Of a DNA stretch of 64,000 nt, positions 10,272 through 19,767 are shown one piece after another. The stretch's first letter is position 1, and every line of letters begins with the position of its first letter. The notes below the pieces were generated by a model, which was given only the letters and a program-made list of their open reading frames with translations, searched no databases and was not told where the DNA came from. The translations under genes and the position numbers were made by a program. The DNA is from Patescibacteria group bacterium (GTDB lineage Bacteria > Patescibacteriota > CPR2 > UBA1875 > CAIMLA01), in assembly GCA_041738615.1 (NCBI GenBank), contig JBGSPL010000004.1, forward strand, positions 1,203 through 65,202. Reading direction: 5' to 3'.

Positions 10272-11279
10272 CTACTTGCTATGAAACGCGCGGTGTACCT
10301 CACGTAATTGTTTATTTGTAACGTGGGTATATATTTGAGTAGTCGTGATGCTAGAGTGTCCTAGCATTTCTTGCACACTACGCAGGTCAGCACCGTTTAT
10401 TAGCAGGTCTGTAGCAAAGCTATGTCGCATGACGTGAGGAGTGACATCCTTTACGATGCCTGCGAGTTTTGCATATTTTTTGATGATTCTCTGTACGCTT
10501 CGCGGCGTTAGTCGCATATATTCGCCCTTGTTTTCATCATCCTTGAGGCCCCCAACGTGAGTAAAAAGTGGTTTGTCTTCTGTTTTTCGCGCTTTTAGGT
10601 AGTCTGATATTGCATCTTTGGCGGCATCTGAGAGGAAGACGATACGCTCTTTGTCGCCCTTGCCCCTGACCATAAATTCACCACGTTCCAGATTGATGTC
10701 GTCGATATCTAGCGCCGTAAGCTCGCTGACACGTAAGCCCGTAGAAAAAAGCGTTTGGATGATAGCTTTATCCCTTAGCGTAATTTCAGCATTCTTGTTG
10801 GGGTTCTTTTCGGGCGCCCGCAGTAACTCCTCTACCTCAGTAATTTCCAGGAAAGTAAACGACTTCTTTGTGGCACCTGAGAGCTCCAGCTTCTCGGCAG
10901 CAAGACAGGGTATGTCGCGTTTGGCAAGATACTTCAGAAAAGCTCGCAGGGCGATAACGTGATAGTTCTGGGTAATCTTCTCGAGGTTTTCGCCCTGGTT
11001 AGTATCTAGTCGGTTTAAGTAGAGCCGATACTTGCGCACGAGATCAGCCGTAACGTCACTTGGTCGTATACTTTGTTTGTGTTTCTCCTTTTGGGCAAAT
11101 TCAAGAAATCTACCGAGGTAATGCTCGTAGTTTCGTATTGTAAGCTCGCTATGTCCACGCTCGATCTCGCAGTACTCTAAAAATTCGTTTATGAGGTCTT
11201 CTACGTCCATGCTACTAATATACTCTACCATATAATATTGTGCGACACTCATTATTGGCTGTGTGCGTTGACAAAGCAA
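10272..11279 (-). CDS. Tyrosine site-specific recombinase, XerC/XerD family
   Basis: The C-terminal RHSFATDLLINGADLRSVQEMLGHSSITTTQIYTHV carries the R..H..R..Y catalytic motif. Confidence 0.85.
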   Translation of the reverse strand: MLCQRTQPIMSVAQYYMVEYISSMDVEDLINEFLEYCEIERGHSELTIRNYEHYLGRFLEFAQKEKHKQSIRPSDVTADLVRKYRLYLNRLDTNQGENLEKITQNYHVIALRAFLKYLAKRDIPCLAAEKLELSGATKKSFTFLEITEVEELLRAPEKNPNKNAEITLRDKAIIQTLFSTGLRVSELTALDIDDINLERGEFMVRGKGDKERIVFLSDAAKDAISDYLKARKTEDKPLFTHVGGLKDDENKGEYMRLTPRSVQRIIKKYAKLAGIVKDVTPHVMRHSFATDLLINGADLRSVQEMLGHSSITTTQIYTHVTNKQLREVHRAFHSK

Positions 11280-11340
11280 TTACTTGGCACCATAATATTT
11301 AAGAAGACTGCAAAGTAATGACCAATAATTATGGAGGGGC

Positions 11341-13158
11341 ATGGTTCGAGGCAGTAAAAGACGTAGAAGCTTATCTATAACTTCTTATGCTTCCAATATA
11401 AATAGTGAGCTTTTTCTGAGAAGGTTTACTCTCTTTATCTTACTGTTTTTTGCCTTTCAAGCATTTAGCCCGTTTTTGAGTGTTGTAAGAAAGGGATTTG
11501 TGCGAGCTGCATCTCCAACCATGACTCGCATTCTGCCGGTCGCCAATACTGGCACTACCGCATCGAACTCGTTGGTTTTGGTCCAGTCCAATGTCGACTT
11601 GAACCAGGCAACGGTTACCCATACGACTGTTCGAATCCTGCAGTACAGTAATTCTGTTTGGGCGAACAAATCCAGTTATCCAACTGCATCCTATGAGGCA
11701 GCATCGAAGTCAATTATCCTAGATCCCGGTAGCACGAGCGCCAATTATTTTTCTAATGGGGGTAAATACTCCATTGTTCTAGAGGGGGTAATCGACCTCA
11801 ACGGTAATAGTGTGACCGGCTGGTCAGTCAACGATGCAGATAGCCATGACTTCACGGTTGCTGCCACAGTAGCAGAGGATAACTCTGCGCCAGCAATCTC
11901 GTCTGTGAATTACACCAGTGTCACAGATTCTGCAGCGACTTTTACCTGGCACACAGATGAAGCTGCTACATATAGTGTCTCTGCAGCAACTCATGCTTAT
12001 TTTACCGCTCATCCCGATACCTATGATATTTGGTCAGCAACGACGAGAGCTTATACCGACTCTGGCAATAACCACACAGTAAGACTATCGAGTTTACTGG
12101 CGAATACCATTTATCATTTTCGAGTGATCTCTATTGATACTTCGGGTAACGCTAGCCAGTCTGCTGACGCAACCTTTGTAACGGCAGCTGACGCTACCGC
12201 GCCAACTATGACGCTGACGGCTCCAAACGGGGTAGCAGGTAATATTGTGGTTACCTCCAACGAAGCTTTGGATCCAACGACGGTCATAGCTGCTAATGTA
12301 AAAATCTGGAGATGTGAAACCGATAGTTATGCCGTTTGTCCTATGCCACCTGTGGCGGTGACCATCGCCACACCTACCCTTACAAATGGCAATAAAACGA
12401 TTACATTGAACCCAAGTGGGAACCTAGCGTACTCGAGTAGATATTTTGTAACGGTAGAGAATGTAAAAGACGTTTCGGGGAACCTCCTTACTGGCTGGAC
12501 CTGGACGACGTGTGAGCAAGCGGGTCATTACTTCGACACAGTCAATGAACTAGGCCAAGCATACGACGTTACAAATACGGAACAAACCTATGTTATCGGT
12601 GGTGTCAGCTTTCGATTCCATGATGCAGACACCGGCAACACAGGAGGGAATCTTAGCACAGACGACACAGTCACCGGTCTTGATCTGAGGGTCACTCCAA
12701 TCACGACTGCAAACGCGGCCCCAAATGGTAAAAAAGTATTATCGACTTATGACATCACTGCATATGACCAGTCGAGGCAACCGTTTGATTCAGGATTCAA
12801 ACTTAGCTTAACCATCCCTTATTCTAGTGGTTACACATATCAAGACGGGGACACGGTTGCATACTGGAGTGGAAGCCAGTGGTCAACTGTTGAGGAATTA
12901 GCTCATACCACCAATTCCATCACTGTAGATACAACCCATTTTTCTGAGTACGCAGTGATTCAAGCGGTCGCAACAACCACGGGTAGCCAAAACGGGACAG
13001 GGACTACCGACGGAACAGTCCTAGAAAATGGTGTTAGATCTCTGCCGGTGACTGGGATCAGCCTGCTGAACATTATCCTGAATATGATACTATCTGCCAT
13101 CTCGGTAGGCTTTATCCTAACTGTAGCAAGAAGAACCCAGTTTTCACGGCATTTGTAG
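11341..13158 (+). CDS. LPXTG-anchored cell-surface protein with FN3/Ig-like repeats
   Basis: It has an N-terminal signal peptide and FN3-like segments (YHFRVISIDTSGNAS). The C-terminal sorting signal is LPVTG (about 13042-13056), then a hydrophobic stretch and an RRTQFSRHL basic tail. Confidence 0.7.
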   Translation: MVRGSKRRRSLSITSYASNINSELFLRRFTLFILLFFAFQAFSPFLSVVRKGFVRAASPTMTRILPVANTGTTASNSLVLVQSNVDLNQATVTHTTVRILQYSNSVWANKSSYPTASYEAASKSIILDPGSTSANYFSNGGKYSIVLEGVIDLNGNSVTGWSVNDADSHDFTVAATVAEDNSAPAISSVNYTSVTDSAATFTWHTDEAATYSVSAATHAYFTAHPDTYDIWSATTRAYTDSGNNHTVRLSSLLANTIYHFRVISIDTSGNASQSADATFVTAADATAPTMTLTAPNGVAGNIVVTSNEALDPTTVIAANVKIWRCETDSYAVCPMPPVAVTIATPTLTNGNKTITLNPSGNLAYSSRYFVTVENVKDVSGNLLTGWTWTTCEQAGHYFDTVNELGQAYDVTNTEQTYVIGGVSFRFHDADTGNTGGNLSTDDTVTGLDLRVTPITTANAAPNGKKVLSTYDITAYDQSRQPFDSGFKLSLTIPYSSGYTYQDGDTVAYWSGSQWSTVEELAHTTNSITVDTTHFSEYAVIQAVATTTGSQNGTGTTDGTVLENGVRSLPVTGISLLNIILNMILSAISVGFILTVARRTQFSRHL

Positions 13159-13229
13159 TAGTTTGCGAATTACAGCCATGCTTATCTCAGGCGTGGCTTT
13201 TATAATCCAAACTTGCTAAAATACATAGG

Positions 13230-14033
13230 ATGAATATTCCTACAGCAATTATTTTTGGCCTGATCCAAGGTTTTGGCGAGATGCTACCGATATCAAGCTC
13301 GGCACACTTGGTGCTCTTTCCTTACTTGTTCGGCTTTACAGACCCAGGCCTGGCCTTCGATGTCGCACTTCATGTGGGGACCCTAGCGGCTATTCTGGGC
13401 TACTTTTGGCGTGATTGGGTAGATATGGCGGTATCGCTCGCAAAGCTTGCCAGAGAGCGCAAGGTGACGTCACAGAGCCAAAAACTAGCTGGCTTGCTGC
13501 TCGTTGCAAGTATCCCGGGCGCAATCTTCGGTTATCTACTCGGAGATTTGGCGGAAAGCGCTTTTCGCAACCCTCTGTTAATTGCTTTTACCCTGGTCGC
13601 GGCAGGCGTCTTACTTTACTTTGCGGATCACACCGATAAAGGTGGGCGAACGCTCAAGGAACTTGGTATTCGTGATGCTGTTGTAATCGGTCTTGCTCAG
13701 GCGGTGGCGATCATCCCTGGTGTCTCTAGGTCGGGTGCCACCATTACGGCTGGTCTTTTCTCGGGGATAAACCGCGAGGAAGCAGCACGTTTTTCTTTCT
13801 TGATGTCCGCACCAATTATCGCCGGAGCGGCACTTGTAAAGGTATCGAAGTTGGACGCAGGCATGGCAACATCGCTCTCATTCTGGGTGGCGATGCTTGC
13901 GGCTGTGGTTTCCTCCGCCCTGGCTATCAAGTTGTTGCTGAGCCTGGTGCGCAAACAACATTTTGATATCTTTGTCTGGTATCGTTTTGCCCTTGCTGCA
14001 GTAGTGTTAATAGTTTATTTATTGAAAGGATAG
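13230..14033 (+). CDS. uppP: Undecaprenyl-diphosphate phosphatase UppP/BacA
   Basis: The ISSSAHL motif and 8-TM architecture match UppP; the protein is 267 aa. Confidence 0.85.
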   Translation: MNIPTAIIFGLIQGFGEMLPISSSAHLVLFPYLFGFTDPGLAFDVALHVGTLAAILGYFWRDWVDMAVSLAKLARERKVTSQSQKLAGLLLVASIPGAIFGYLLGDLAESAFRNPLLIAFTLVAAGVLLYFADHTDKGGRTLKELGIRDAVVIGLAQAVAIIPGVSRSGATITAGLFSGINREEAARFSFLMSAPIIAGAALVKVSKLDAGMATSLSFWVAMLAAVVSSALAIKLLLSLVRKQHFDIFVWYRFALAAVVLIVYLLKG

Positions 14034-14034
14034 T

Positions 14035-14499
14035 ATGTTACTAAATTCCCTGATAGTTTTTGTTTTGGCGGCGATGCCGATAATCGAGCTGCGCGGTGCG
14101 CTCCCAATAGCCATCTTCTCCTATGGTATGTCGCCATGGTATGCCTATATTCTCTGCGTAATTGGTTCGTTTGCGCCCACTATTGTTATCGTTTATCTTC
14201 TGGGGCCGGTTTCCGACTTTCTGCGTAAGCACATCAGGTTCTTTGAATGGTTTTTCGCCAAGCTTTTTCACTACGCTCGCGATAAGCACAGCAAGAAGAT
14301 CGAGACCCTGAAGGATGCGACGGTATTCATTATCGCCGCGCTACCGATTCCTCTTGCTGGGGCCTGGAGTGCCGCCCTTGCTGCTTTTGTCTTCAATGTA
14401 CCACCGAAGAAATCTTTGCCCTTGATGTTCGCCGGAACGGCTGTCGCCGGTGCTGCCGTACTCATCATCACTCTCGGTTTCAAGGCGGTGGTAAAGTGA
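14035..14499 (+). CDS. Small polytopic membrane protein (COG2426 / Sm_multidrug_ex-like)
   Basis: A 154 aa protein with four TM helices and an ELRGALPIAI motif. Confidence 0.35.
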   Translation: MLLNSLIVFVLAAMPIIELRGALPIAIFSYGMSPWYAYILCVIGSFAPTIVIVYLLGPVSDFLRKHIRFFEWFFAKLFHYARDKHSKKIETLKDATVFIIAALPIPLAGAWSAALAAFVFNVPPKKSLPLMFAGTAVAGAAVLIITLGFKAVVK

Positions 14500-15758
14500 G
14501 TATCGTAACGACGAAACTAAGGAACGGTATCAGTGTCATTACCGACGAAGTTCCAGCGGCAGAATCCTTTACCTTGCTGGTGCTTATTCGGACTGGCTCT
14601 CGCAACGAGACGCCAGATATTTGGGGAATTTCTCACTTTCTGGAACACATGGCTTTCAAGGGAATTCCTAGCTTTCCGACAGCAGAGCTTCTGAACAAAG
14701 AGCTGGATTCGTTGGGAGCAATGTACAATGCCTTCACCTCCAAGGAATATACTGGCTACTACGTGAAGGGGAGTAAACATATCTTCGATCGTGCGCTCGG
14801 CATTATCAGTGAGATGACTACGAGCCCGATTATTCTGGATGAAGAAGTTGACCGTGAACGGGGCACAATCGTGGAAGAAATTCACATGTATGAGGATGAT
14901 CCAAGGCGCAAGATCATGGATAATTTCGAAGAGTCACTCTATACCAACTTACGAGTCTCACAGAACGTCACGGGGACCAAGGACTCACTTGCTGGAATCC
15001 ACGCCAAGGAAATTCACGATTATCGTAACAAGCATTATGTGGCCGAAAATTTATATATATCTATTGCCGGCGCCGTACCGGCTGGCATTACAAATCAGCT
15101 TGAAAAACTTTTTTCTGTCGTCCCTGCCGCGAAGACAGCTTTTCTTCCTGAGGTAGCTCACGAAGTAAAAGGGGTAAACATCGAGTACAAGGATACCCAA
15201 CAGACCCACATGGCCATCGGGTTTCCAGGGTTAGCTATGAACGACAGTGAAATGGAGAGGGCTAAACTACTCTCGATAATCCTCGGTGGGAACATGAGCT
15301 CGCGAATGTTTAGTGAGGTTCGTGAGAGACGTGGACTGGCTTACTATATCCGAACATATAGCGACAACATGTATGACACTGGCGCTTTCGCGACCTTTGC
15401 GAGCGTAAATAACGAGAAAGCAACAGAGGCTGCCAAGGTTATGATGGATGTTTACCGTGGTGTTCTTGGGAATATCTCCGAATCGGAGCTTCGTCGTGCA
15501 AAAGATTTTGCGACCGGTATGCTGACCCTTCAATACGAGGACAGCGAATACCGCAGCGAGGTAAATGCCATGATGGCCCTCTACGAGATTTCACTTGCGG
15601 ACTTAAGGCAGCGCATCTCGGTGATAGAGCGGATTACTTTGGATCAGGTTCACGCAGTAGCCGCTAAGATACTCGACTTTGACCGGATTTGCCTTTCTCT
15701 CATCGGACCCTTTAAAAAAGACGAAGAATTTGCTAAAATACTTGAGTCAAAATGTTAA
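14496..15758 (+). CDS. M16-family zinc peptidase (insulinase-like)
   Basis: It has the inverted zinc motif HFLEHMAFKG (HxxEH) and a downstream Glu. Confidence 0.8.
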   Translation: MSIVTTKLRNGISVITDEVPAAESFTLLVLIRTGSRNETPDIWGISHFLEHMAFKGIPSFPTAELLNKELDSLGAMYNAFTSKEYTGYYVKGSKHIFDRALGIISEMTTSPIILDEEVDRERGTIVEEIHMYEDDPRRKIMDNFEESLYTNLRVSQNVTGTKDSLAGIHAKEIHDYRNKHYVAENLYISIAGAVPAGITNQLEKLFSVVPAAKTAFLPEVAHEVKGVNIEYKDTQQTHMAIGFPGLAMNDSEMERAKLLSIILGGNMSSRMFSEVRERRGLAYYIRTYSDNMYDTGAFATFASVNNEKATEAAKVMMDVYRGVLGNISESELRRAKDFATGMLTLQYEDSEYRSEVNAMMALYEISLADLRQRISVIERITLDQVHAVAAKILDFDRICLSLIGPFKKDEEFAKILESKC

Positions 15759-15788
15759 TAACAGTCCTTGTGGCAGAAAAGAGAGAAA

Positions 15789-16388
15789 ATGACAAAGGAA
15801 CAAACATTTATTGCGATCAAGGCTGAAGGAATTCAGCGACACCTCGTGGGCGAGATTATTACCAGATTTGAGAGACGCGGGCTCAAGCTTGCGGCGATGA
15901 AGATGATGGTGGCAACAGCCGACATCGTAGGTCAGCATTATCCAGATAGCGATGACTGGTACATCCCGACAGGGACCAAGGCTATCGAGGGTGCTGCAAG
16001 TCGCGGAATAGTCATGAAAGAGTCACCAAAAGAAGTGGCGACAGTAATCCGCAATAATCTTGTCGACCATTTTCTAAATCGTCCTATCATTTGTATGATT
16101 TGGGAAGGTGCTCATGCGGTACAGATTGGTCGCAAGACTGTGGGTGCAACAAACCCACTAGACGCGGCCCCAGGTACTATCCGTGGTGACCTGACCGTGG
16201 ATTCCTATGAGTTGGCTGATAAGGCAGGACGTGTAGTGCGAACTATCGTTCATGCATCTGGTAGTGTCGAGGAAGCAAAGACCGAGATTGCACTTTGGTT
16301 TAAGCCAGAGGAAATCATCGAATACGATATGATTAGCGCCGAGGTAATGTACGGTAACGATTGGGGACGAGTAAAGAACATCAAATAG
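15789..16388 (+). CDS. ndk: Nucleoside diphosphate kinase
   Basis: TFIAIKAEGIQRHLVGEIITRFERRGLKL is the NDK signature. The start is trimmed to the MTKEQ ATG, which has an upstream GAGAGA. Confidence 0.85.
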   Translation: MTKEQTFIAIKAEGIQRHLVGEIITRFERRGLKLAAMKMMVATADIVGQHYPDSDDWYIPTGTKAIEGAASRGIVMKESPKEVATVIRNNLVDHFLNRPIICMIWEGAHAVQIGRKTVGATNPLDAAPGTIRGDLTVDSYELADKAGRVVRTIVHASGSVEEAKTEIALWFKPEEIIEYDMISAEVMYGNDWGRVKNIK

Positions 16389-16402
16389 ATCTGTTTTGTA
16401 AA

Positions 16403-16428
16403 AAGCGGCCCTTGTGGGCCGCTTTTTG
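16403..16428 (+). terminator. Rho-independent terminator after ndk
   Basis: GCGGCCC-TTGT-GGGCCGC is a stem-loop followed by TTTTTGT. Confidence 0.7.
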
Positions 16429-16722
16429 TATTGGGTGTTCCCGAGAATCAGAACTTACTAATTTCTTAAACGCCGCCATATAAAAGATTTGAGAGTGTTC
16501 TCAGTTTCTTTTGATACTTTTGTCTATCGTCCATATATTTACCGCTTTTGGCAGCAAAAGCGGTGTAAAACTGCCGACTCCTTGCAAAATCGCTAGTGTC
16601 ACTCCTCCCTTGCTCATTCTCACAAAGCAAAACTCACTGCGTTCAAACATTACTTTTTGAGATAATCGCTCAGTTCGTCGCTCGCTGTATTTTGCAGGTC
16701 GCGGGAAGAGAAAGTACGGGGC

Positions 16723-17310
16723 TTATAGGTCTGCCAGTACTTTTTTGTATTCTTCAAAGGAGGTGTAGAGAAATGCTCTCATGCCGTAGGCGTTTGCCGC
16801 ATCCACTATCTTCTTGTCACTGTCAAAGAAAATAATTTCCTCGGGTAGCAGCTGTAGTTTGTTCACTACATAGTCAAAGTATTTTATGTCCGGTTTCTTG
16901 GCGCCTATCTCGTATGATGCAAAGATTCCGTCGAAATAGTTACTAAGCCCAGCATCTTCCCATAGGTACTCGGCTCGGTTTATTTCCTGGTTAGTGGCGA
17001 TATAGCATTTGGTGTCCTGGTCGCGGATCTTGACTACAGAATCAACTAGCTCTTTGTTTAGGCTTGGGGTGATGTCGGAAAACCAGTAGTCTATAAGTTC
17101 ACTGGTATCACCTTGGTATCCCCATTCTGATTTCACTTTTTCGAGCTCGGTGTAAAGATCTGCTTTCCCGAGCTGGCAATCACCATAGACGCCCTTAAAA
17201 AAGGGTAGAATAGTATCGATCGGAATGTTTTGTTCCTTCGACAGTCTCTCCGAAAAGAAACCGCTGTTTGTGATGACGCCATCGACGTCGTAAAGGATTG
17301 CTCTAATCAT
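16723..17310 (-). CDS. HAD-superfamily hydrolase
   Basis: MIRAILYDVDGVITNSG carries the DxDGxT HAD motif I. The start is set at the ATG preceded by GGAAAC. The listed ORF extends further 5' only because it reads through the tRNA genes. Confidence 0.75.
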   Translation of the reverse strand: MIRAILYDVDGVITNSGFFSERLSKEQNIPIDTILPFFKGVYGDCQLGKADLYTELEKVKSEWGYQGDTSELIDYWFSDITPSLNKELVDSVVKIRDQDTKCYIATNQEINRAEYLWEDAGLSNYFDGIFASYEIGAKKPDIKYFDYVVNKLQLLPEEIIFFDSDKKIVDAANAYGMRAFLYTSFEEYKKVLADL

Positions 17311-17330
17311 GATTAGTTTCCTGTTATTTT

Positions 17331-17406
17331 TGGTGCCCTTGGAGGGAGTCGAACCCCCAACCTCTTCCTTAGGACGGAATCGCTCTATCCATTGAGCTAC
17401 AAGGGC
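17331..17406 (-). tRNA. tRNA-Arg (anticodon CCU)
   Basis: Reverse-complemented, it gives GCCCTTGTAGCTCAATGGATAGAGCGATTCCGTCCTAAGGAAGAGGTTGGGGGTTCGACTCCCTCCAAGGGCACCA. That folds as a full cloverleaf with anticodon loop GTCCTAA and an encoded CCA. Confidence 0.85.
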
Positions 17407-17419
17407 GTGTACTTTGTTT

Positions 17420-17481
17420 CGCTCCCCGCCCGAACGACTGTTTCGTTCAGTCGGGCGGGTATCCAACTGAGCTACGGGCGC
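17420..17481 (-). other. tRNA 5'-half-like fragment (acceptor 5' strand + D-arm) interrupted by a 35-nt GC-rich hairpin; no anticodon or T arm
   Basis: The minus-sense sequence is GCGCCCG-TA-GCTC-AGTTGGATA-[CCCGCCCGACTGAACGAAACAGTCGTTCGGGCGGG]-GAGC-G. It is followed by a 13-nt spacer and then tRNA-Arg. Confidence 0.4.
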
Positions 17482-17595
17482 GCGCGTCATGAGCAACAGG
17501 CTATATACTAGCATTTTACGAGTAATTCTGGAAGGGCCCTCTTCGTAATAGGTATTTCCAATGAATATTCTAGCGAATTCCTTTATACTTAAGCT

Positions 17596-18084
17596 ATGGC
17601 TTACGGAATCGTGCCTCTTGAAGGCGAAAAGACATTACTAATAGCGCGGAAGTCGCCGATAGTTATTTGGAAACAGATAGTCATCGCGGCTGTTCTTGTG
17701 GTAATGGCTTCTGTTAGTTTATTTTTTGGAGCAAATGAATATCTATATTTACTCTCGATTGCGCTGTTTTTAATCTTGGCAGTCTATGTTTTCGTCTTAT
17801 TCCGGGTTTGGTTTTACGACATTTATGTCGTTACAAATATGCGAGTGATACTATCTGAGCAGAAGGGGCTATTCCATCATGAAAGTTCCGAGATTGACGC
17901 GAGGGATATCGTAGAGGTCAAGAGTGTGCGCAAGGGGATCTGGGCGACGATTCTTCGACACGGGAGCGTGGTGATAATTACCCATCAGGCAAAAGAAACA
18001 TGGTTGACTCCGGTGCTTGACCCAGATTATGTAGCACAGAGCATCCGAGTGCTTGGTTCTGCTACGCAACGGCATGAGCAGTAG
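17596..18084 (+). CDS. Membrane protein with bacterial PH-like domain (DUF304-like)
   Basis: It has two N-terminal TM helices followed by a roughly 90 aa soluble domain. Confidence 0.3.
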   Translation: MAYGIVPLEGEKTLLIARKSPIVIWKQIVIAAVLVVMASVSLFFGANEYLYLLSIALFLILAVYVFVLFRVWFYDIYVVTNMRVILSEQKGLFHHESSEIDARDIVEVKSVRKGIWATILRHGSVVIITHQAKETWLTPVLDPDYVAQSIRVLGSATQRHEQ

Positions 18085-18147
18085 CGAAAATGTGGTTGTA
18101 CTCTTTTCGATAAATATGTAAAATTATAGACAAGTAAGCTTAAAGGA

Positions 18148-19182
18148 GTGGTTATGGCTTTTAAGTCAAAAAAGTCGCCTGTTGACGTCGCTGGAAATCC
18201 TGGGGCATCAATAAATGTGCTATCAGGTAAGATAAAAAAGCTTTTCCCAAAGCGGCATTCAGACGGGTCAAGTACTAAGAAGAATAAGCTAAAGAACTTC
18301 GCAAATCCAAAGGGGATTGTCCTTGTTGCAGGGAGTGCGTTAGCCCTCTTTCTGATTGTGATGGGTGTAGGTATTTATGCTTTCGCTTGGGACGATGGAT
18401 TTACAAAGGCAGTTTCTGTAGTCCCTTACCCAGCGGCTTATGTAGACGGCCGTTTCGTGATGTATCGCGACTACTTAGAGCAGCTTGACGTTATCAAAAA
18501 CTATGACAAAGAGTTCAAGAAGGTAGATTTCAAGACAGCTGATGGCAAGAAAGTTCTTGCTCAGGCAAAGAAAGATACTATGAACCGACTGGTCGAAGAT
18601 GCCCTGGTTTCGAACGAAGCTGTAAGACTCAAGGTGAAGCTTGCCACCAAGGACCTAAACGACAAGTTCGATGCCCTGGTAAAGAGTAATGGCGGCACCA
18701 AGAGCTTTGCAGATGTACTGAAGCAGTACTACAAGCTTACGCCCAATGAGTTCAAGGAAGAGATTTATCGCCCCAGACTCCTTAGACAGATGCTTGCTGA
18801 CAAGTATGCCTCAGACGACAGCGTAAATACGGACGCAAAGAAGAAGGCAGAGGACGTTCTCTCTAAAGTGAAGGGTGGGGCAGACTTCGCAGAGACAGCA
18901 AAGAAATACTCTCAGGATACAAGTGCCTCAAACGGGGGTGACCTCGGTTACTTCGGTAAAGGCAAGATGGTACCTGAGTTCGAAAAAGCTGCTTTCGCCC
19001 TGAAGACAGACGAGGTAAGCGGCGTTGTAAAAACAGTTTATGGCTACCACATCATCAAGGTCACGGACGTGAAGGGAGATGAAATCAAGGCTTCTCACAT
19101 CCTGATCAAGACCAAGGATTTCAATACTTGGCTTACAGATTCGGTAAAGACCGCCAAGAAAACAATCTACATCAAACAATAG
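18148..19182 (+). CDS. Parvulin-type peptidyl-prolyl isomerase (PrsA/SurA-like foldase), membrane-anchored
   Basis: It has an N-terminal TM helix and a C-terminal rotamase domain (GGDLGYFGKGKMVPEFEKAAF...YGYHIIKV). Confidence 0.75.
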   Translation: MVMAFKSKKSPVDVAGNPGASINVLSGKIKKLFPKRHSDGSSTKKNKLKNFANPKGIVLVAGSALALFLIVMGVGIYAFAWDDGFTKAVSVVPYPAAYVDGRFVMYRDYLEQLDVIKNYDKEFKKVDFKTADGKKVLAQAKKDTMNRLVEDALVSNEAVRLKVKLATKDLNDKFDALVKSNGGTKSFADVLKQYYKLTPNEFKEEIYRPRLLRQMLADKYASDDSVNTDAKKKAEDVLSKVKGGADFAETAKKYSQDTSASNGGDLGYFGKGKMVPEFEKAAFALKTDEVSGVVKTVYGYHIIKVTDVKGDEIKASHILIKTKDFNTWLTDSVKTAKKTIYIKQ

Positions 19183-19191
19183 CCCAGAACA

Positions 19192-19218
19192 AAAGCCCCG
19201 CTAAAGCGGGGTTTTTTG
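19192..19218 (+). terminator. Rho-independent terminator after the PPIase gene
   Basis: AGCCCCGC-TAAA-GCGGGGTTTTTT is a stem-loop with a U-run. A second hairpin (CCCGCAAA...TTTGCGGG) at about 19228-19270 terminates the convergent minus-strand gene. Confidence 0.7.
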
Positions 19219-19277
19219 ATAACGAAAAACCCGCAAAGTGCACGGGTCTTCCAAGTGCCTTTTGCGGGTGTGGTGCC

Positions 19278-19655
19278 TTAGCGGAGATTCTTGACGATGG
19301 GCAGTTTGTAGCCCACATACTCCTCGACAGAGATGTAACCGGGGTGTTCTGCGCCTGGACCGGGCGTCGCCACGAGACTGTCAGCAGGTAGCTGGAGGTC
19401 TCTTTGTGGTAATACAAGCTCTGCAGCCCCCTTTACGGGGTAGAGGTTGTGTCCAAGCGAGACCGGCAGCTGGAAACGTTTCCCAGCAGCGGTGACAAGC
19501 GTCATTACCCTTTCACCATTCTCGAAAGTAGTACGAGCAATTCTCGAGACCTGCCAGTAGCGAAGATTCCCCTTCCGGTTGTGAACAAGGGCGTAACCCT
19601 TCCTCGGCGCCTGTGCAGGGACCTTGGCATTTCTGCCCTTGCGCTGATTTGCCAC
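19278..19655 (-). CDS. Hypothetical basic protein, GC-rich (about 56% GC)
   Basis: A 125 aa ORF with a Lys/Arg-rich N-terminus (MANQRKGRNAKVP). Its codon composition differs from the flanking genes. Confidence 0.35.
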   Translation of the reverse strand: MANQRKGRNAKVPAQAPRKGYALVHNRKGNLRYWQVSRIARTTFENGERVMTLVTAAGKRFQLPVSLGHNLYPVKGAAELVLPQRDLQLPADSLVATPGPGAEHPGYISVEEYVGYKLPIVKNLR

Positions 19656-19767
19656 GATATCCCTCCTTCGGGACGAGGTTGTGTAGAGCTGTGATATTGT
19701 ATAACAAAATTAGACTTTTGTAAAGCCTAATATGATGGTGTATTTTATTCGCGGATAATCGGTCTAC

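Noticed and set aside
10618-10962. 114-aa ORF antisense to the Xer recombinase
   Set aside because: It is Ser/Arg-rich and lies inside a gene with an unmistakable tyrosine recombinase C-terminus.
16596-16835. 79-aa plus-strand ORF in the ndk/HAD convergent spacer
   Set aside because: It is Cys/Arg-rich with no SD, and it overlaps the 3' end of the HAD gene on the opposite strand. It is probably noncoding.
16723-17514. The 263-aa ORF as listed (N-terminal 68 aa)
   Set aside because: The N-terminal part is a read-through across the tRNA-Arg gene and the tRNA-like fragment on the same strand. The real HAD hydrolase starts at the MIRAIL ATG (17308-17310), which has its own SD.
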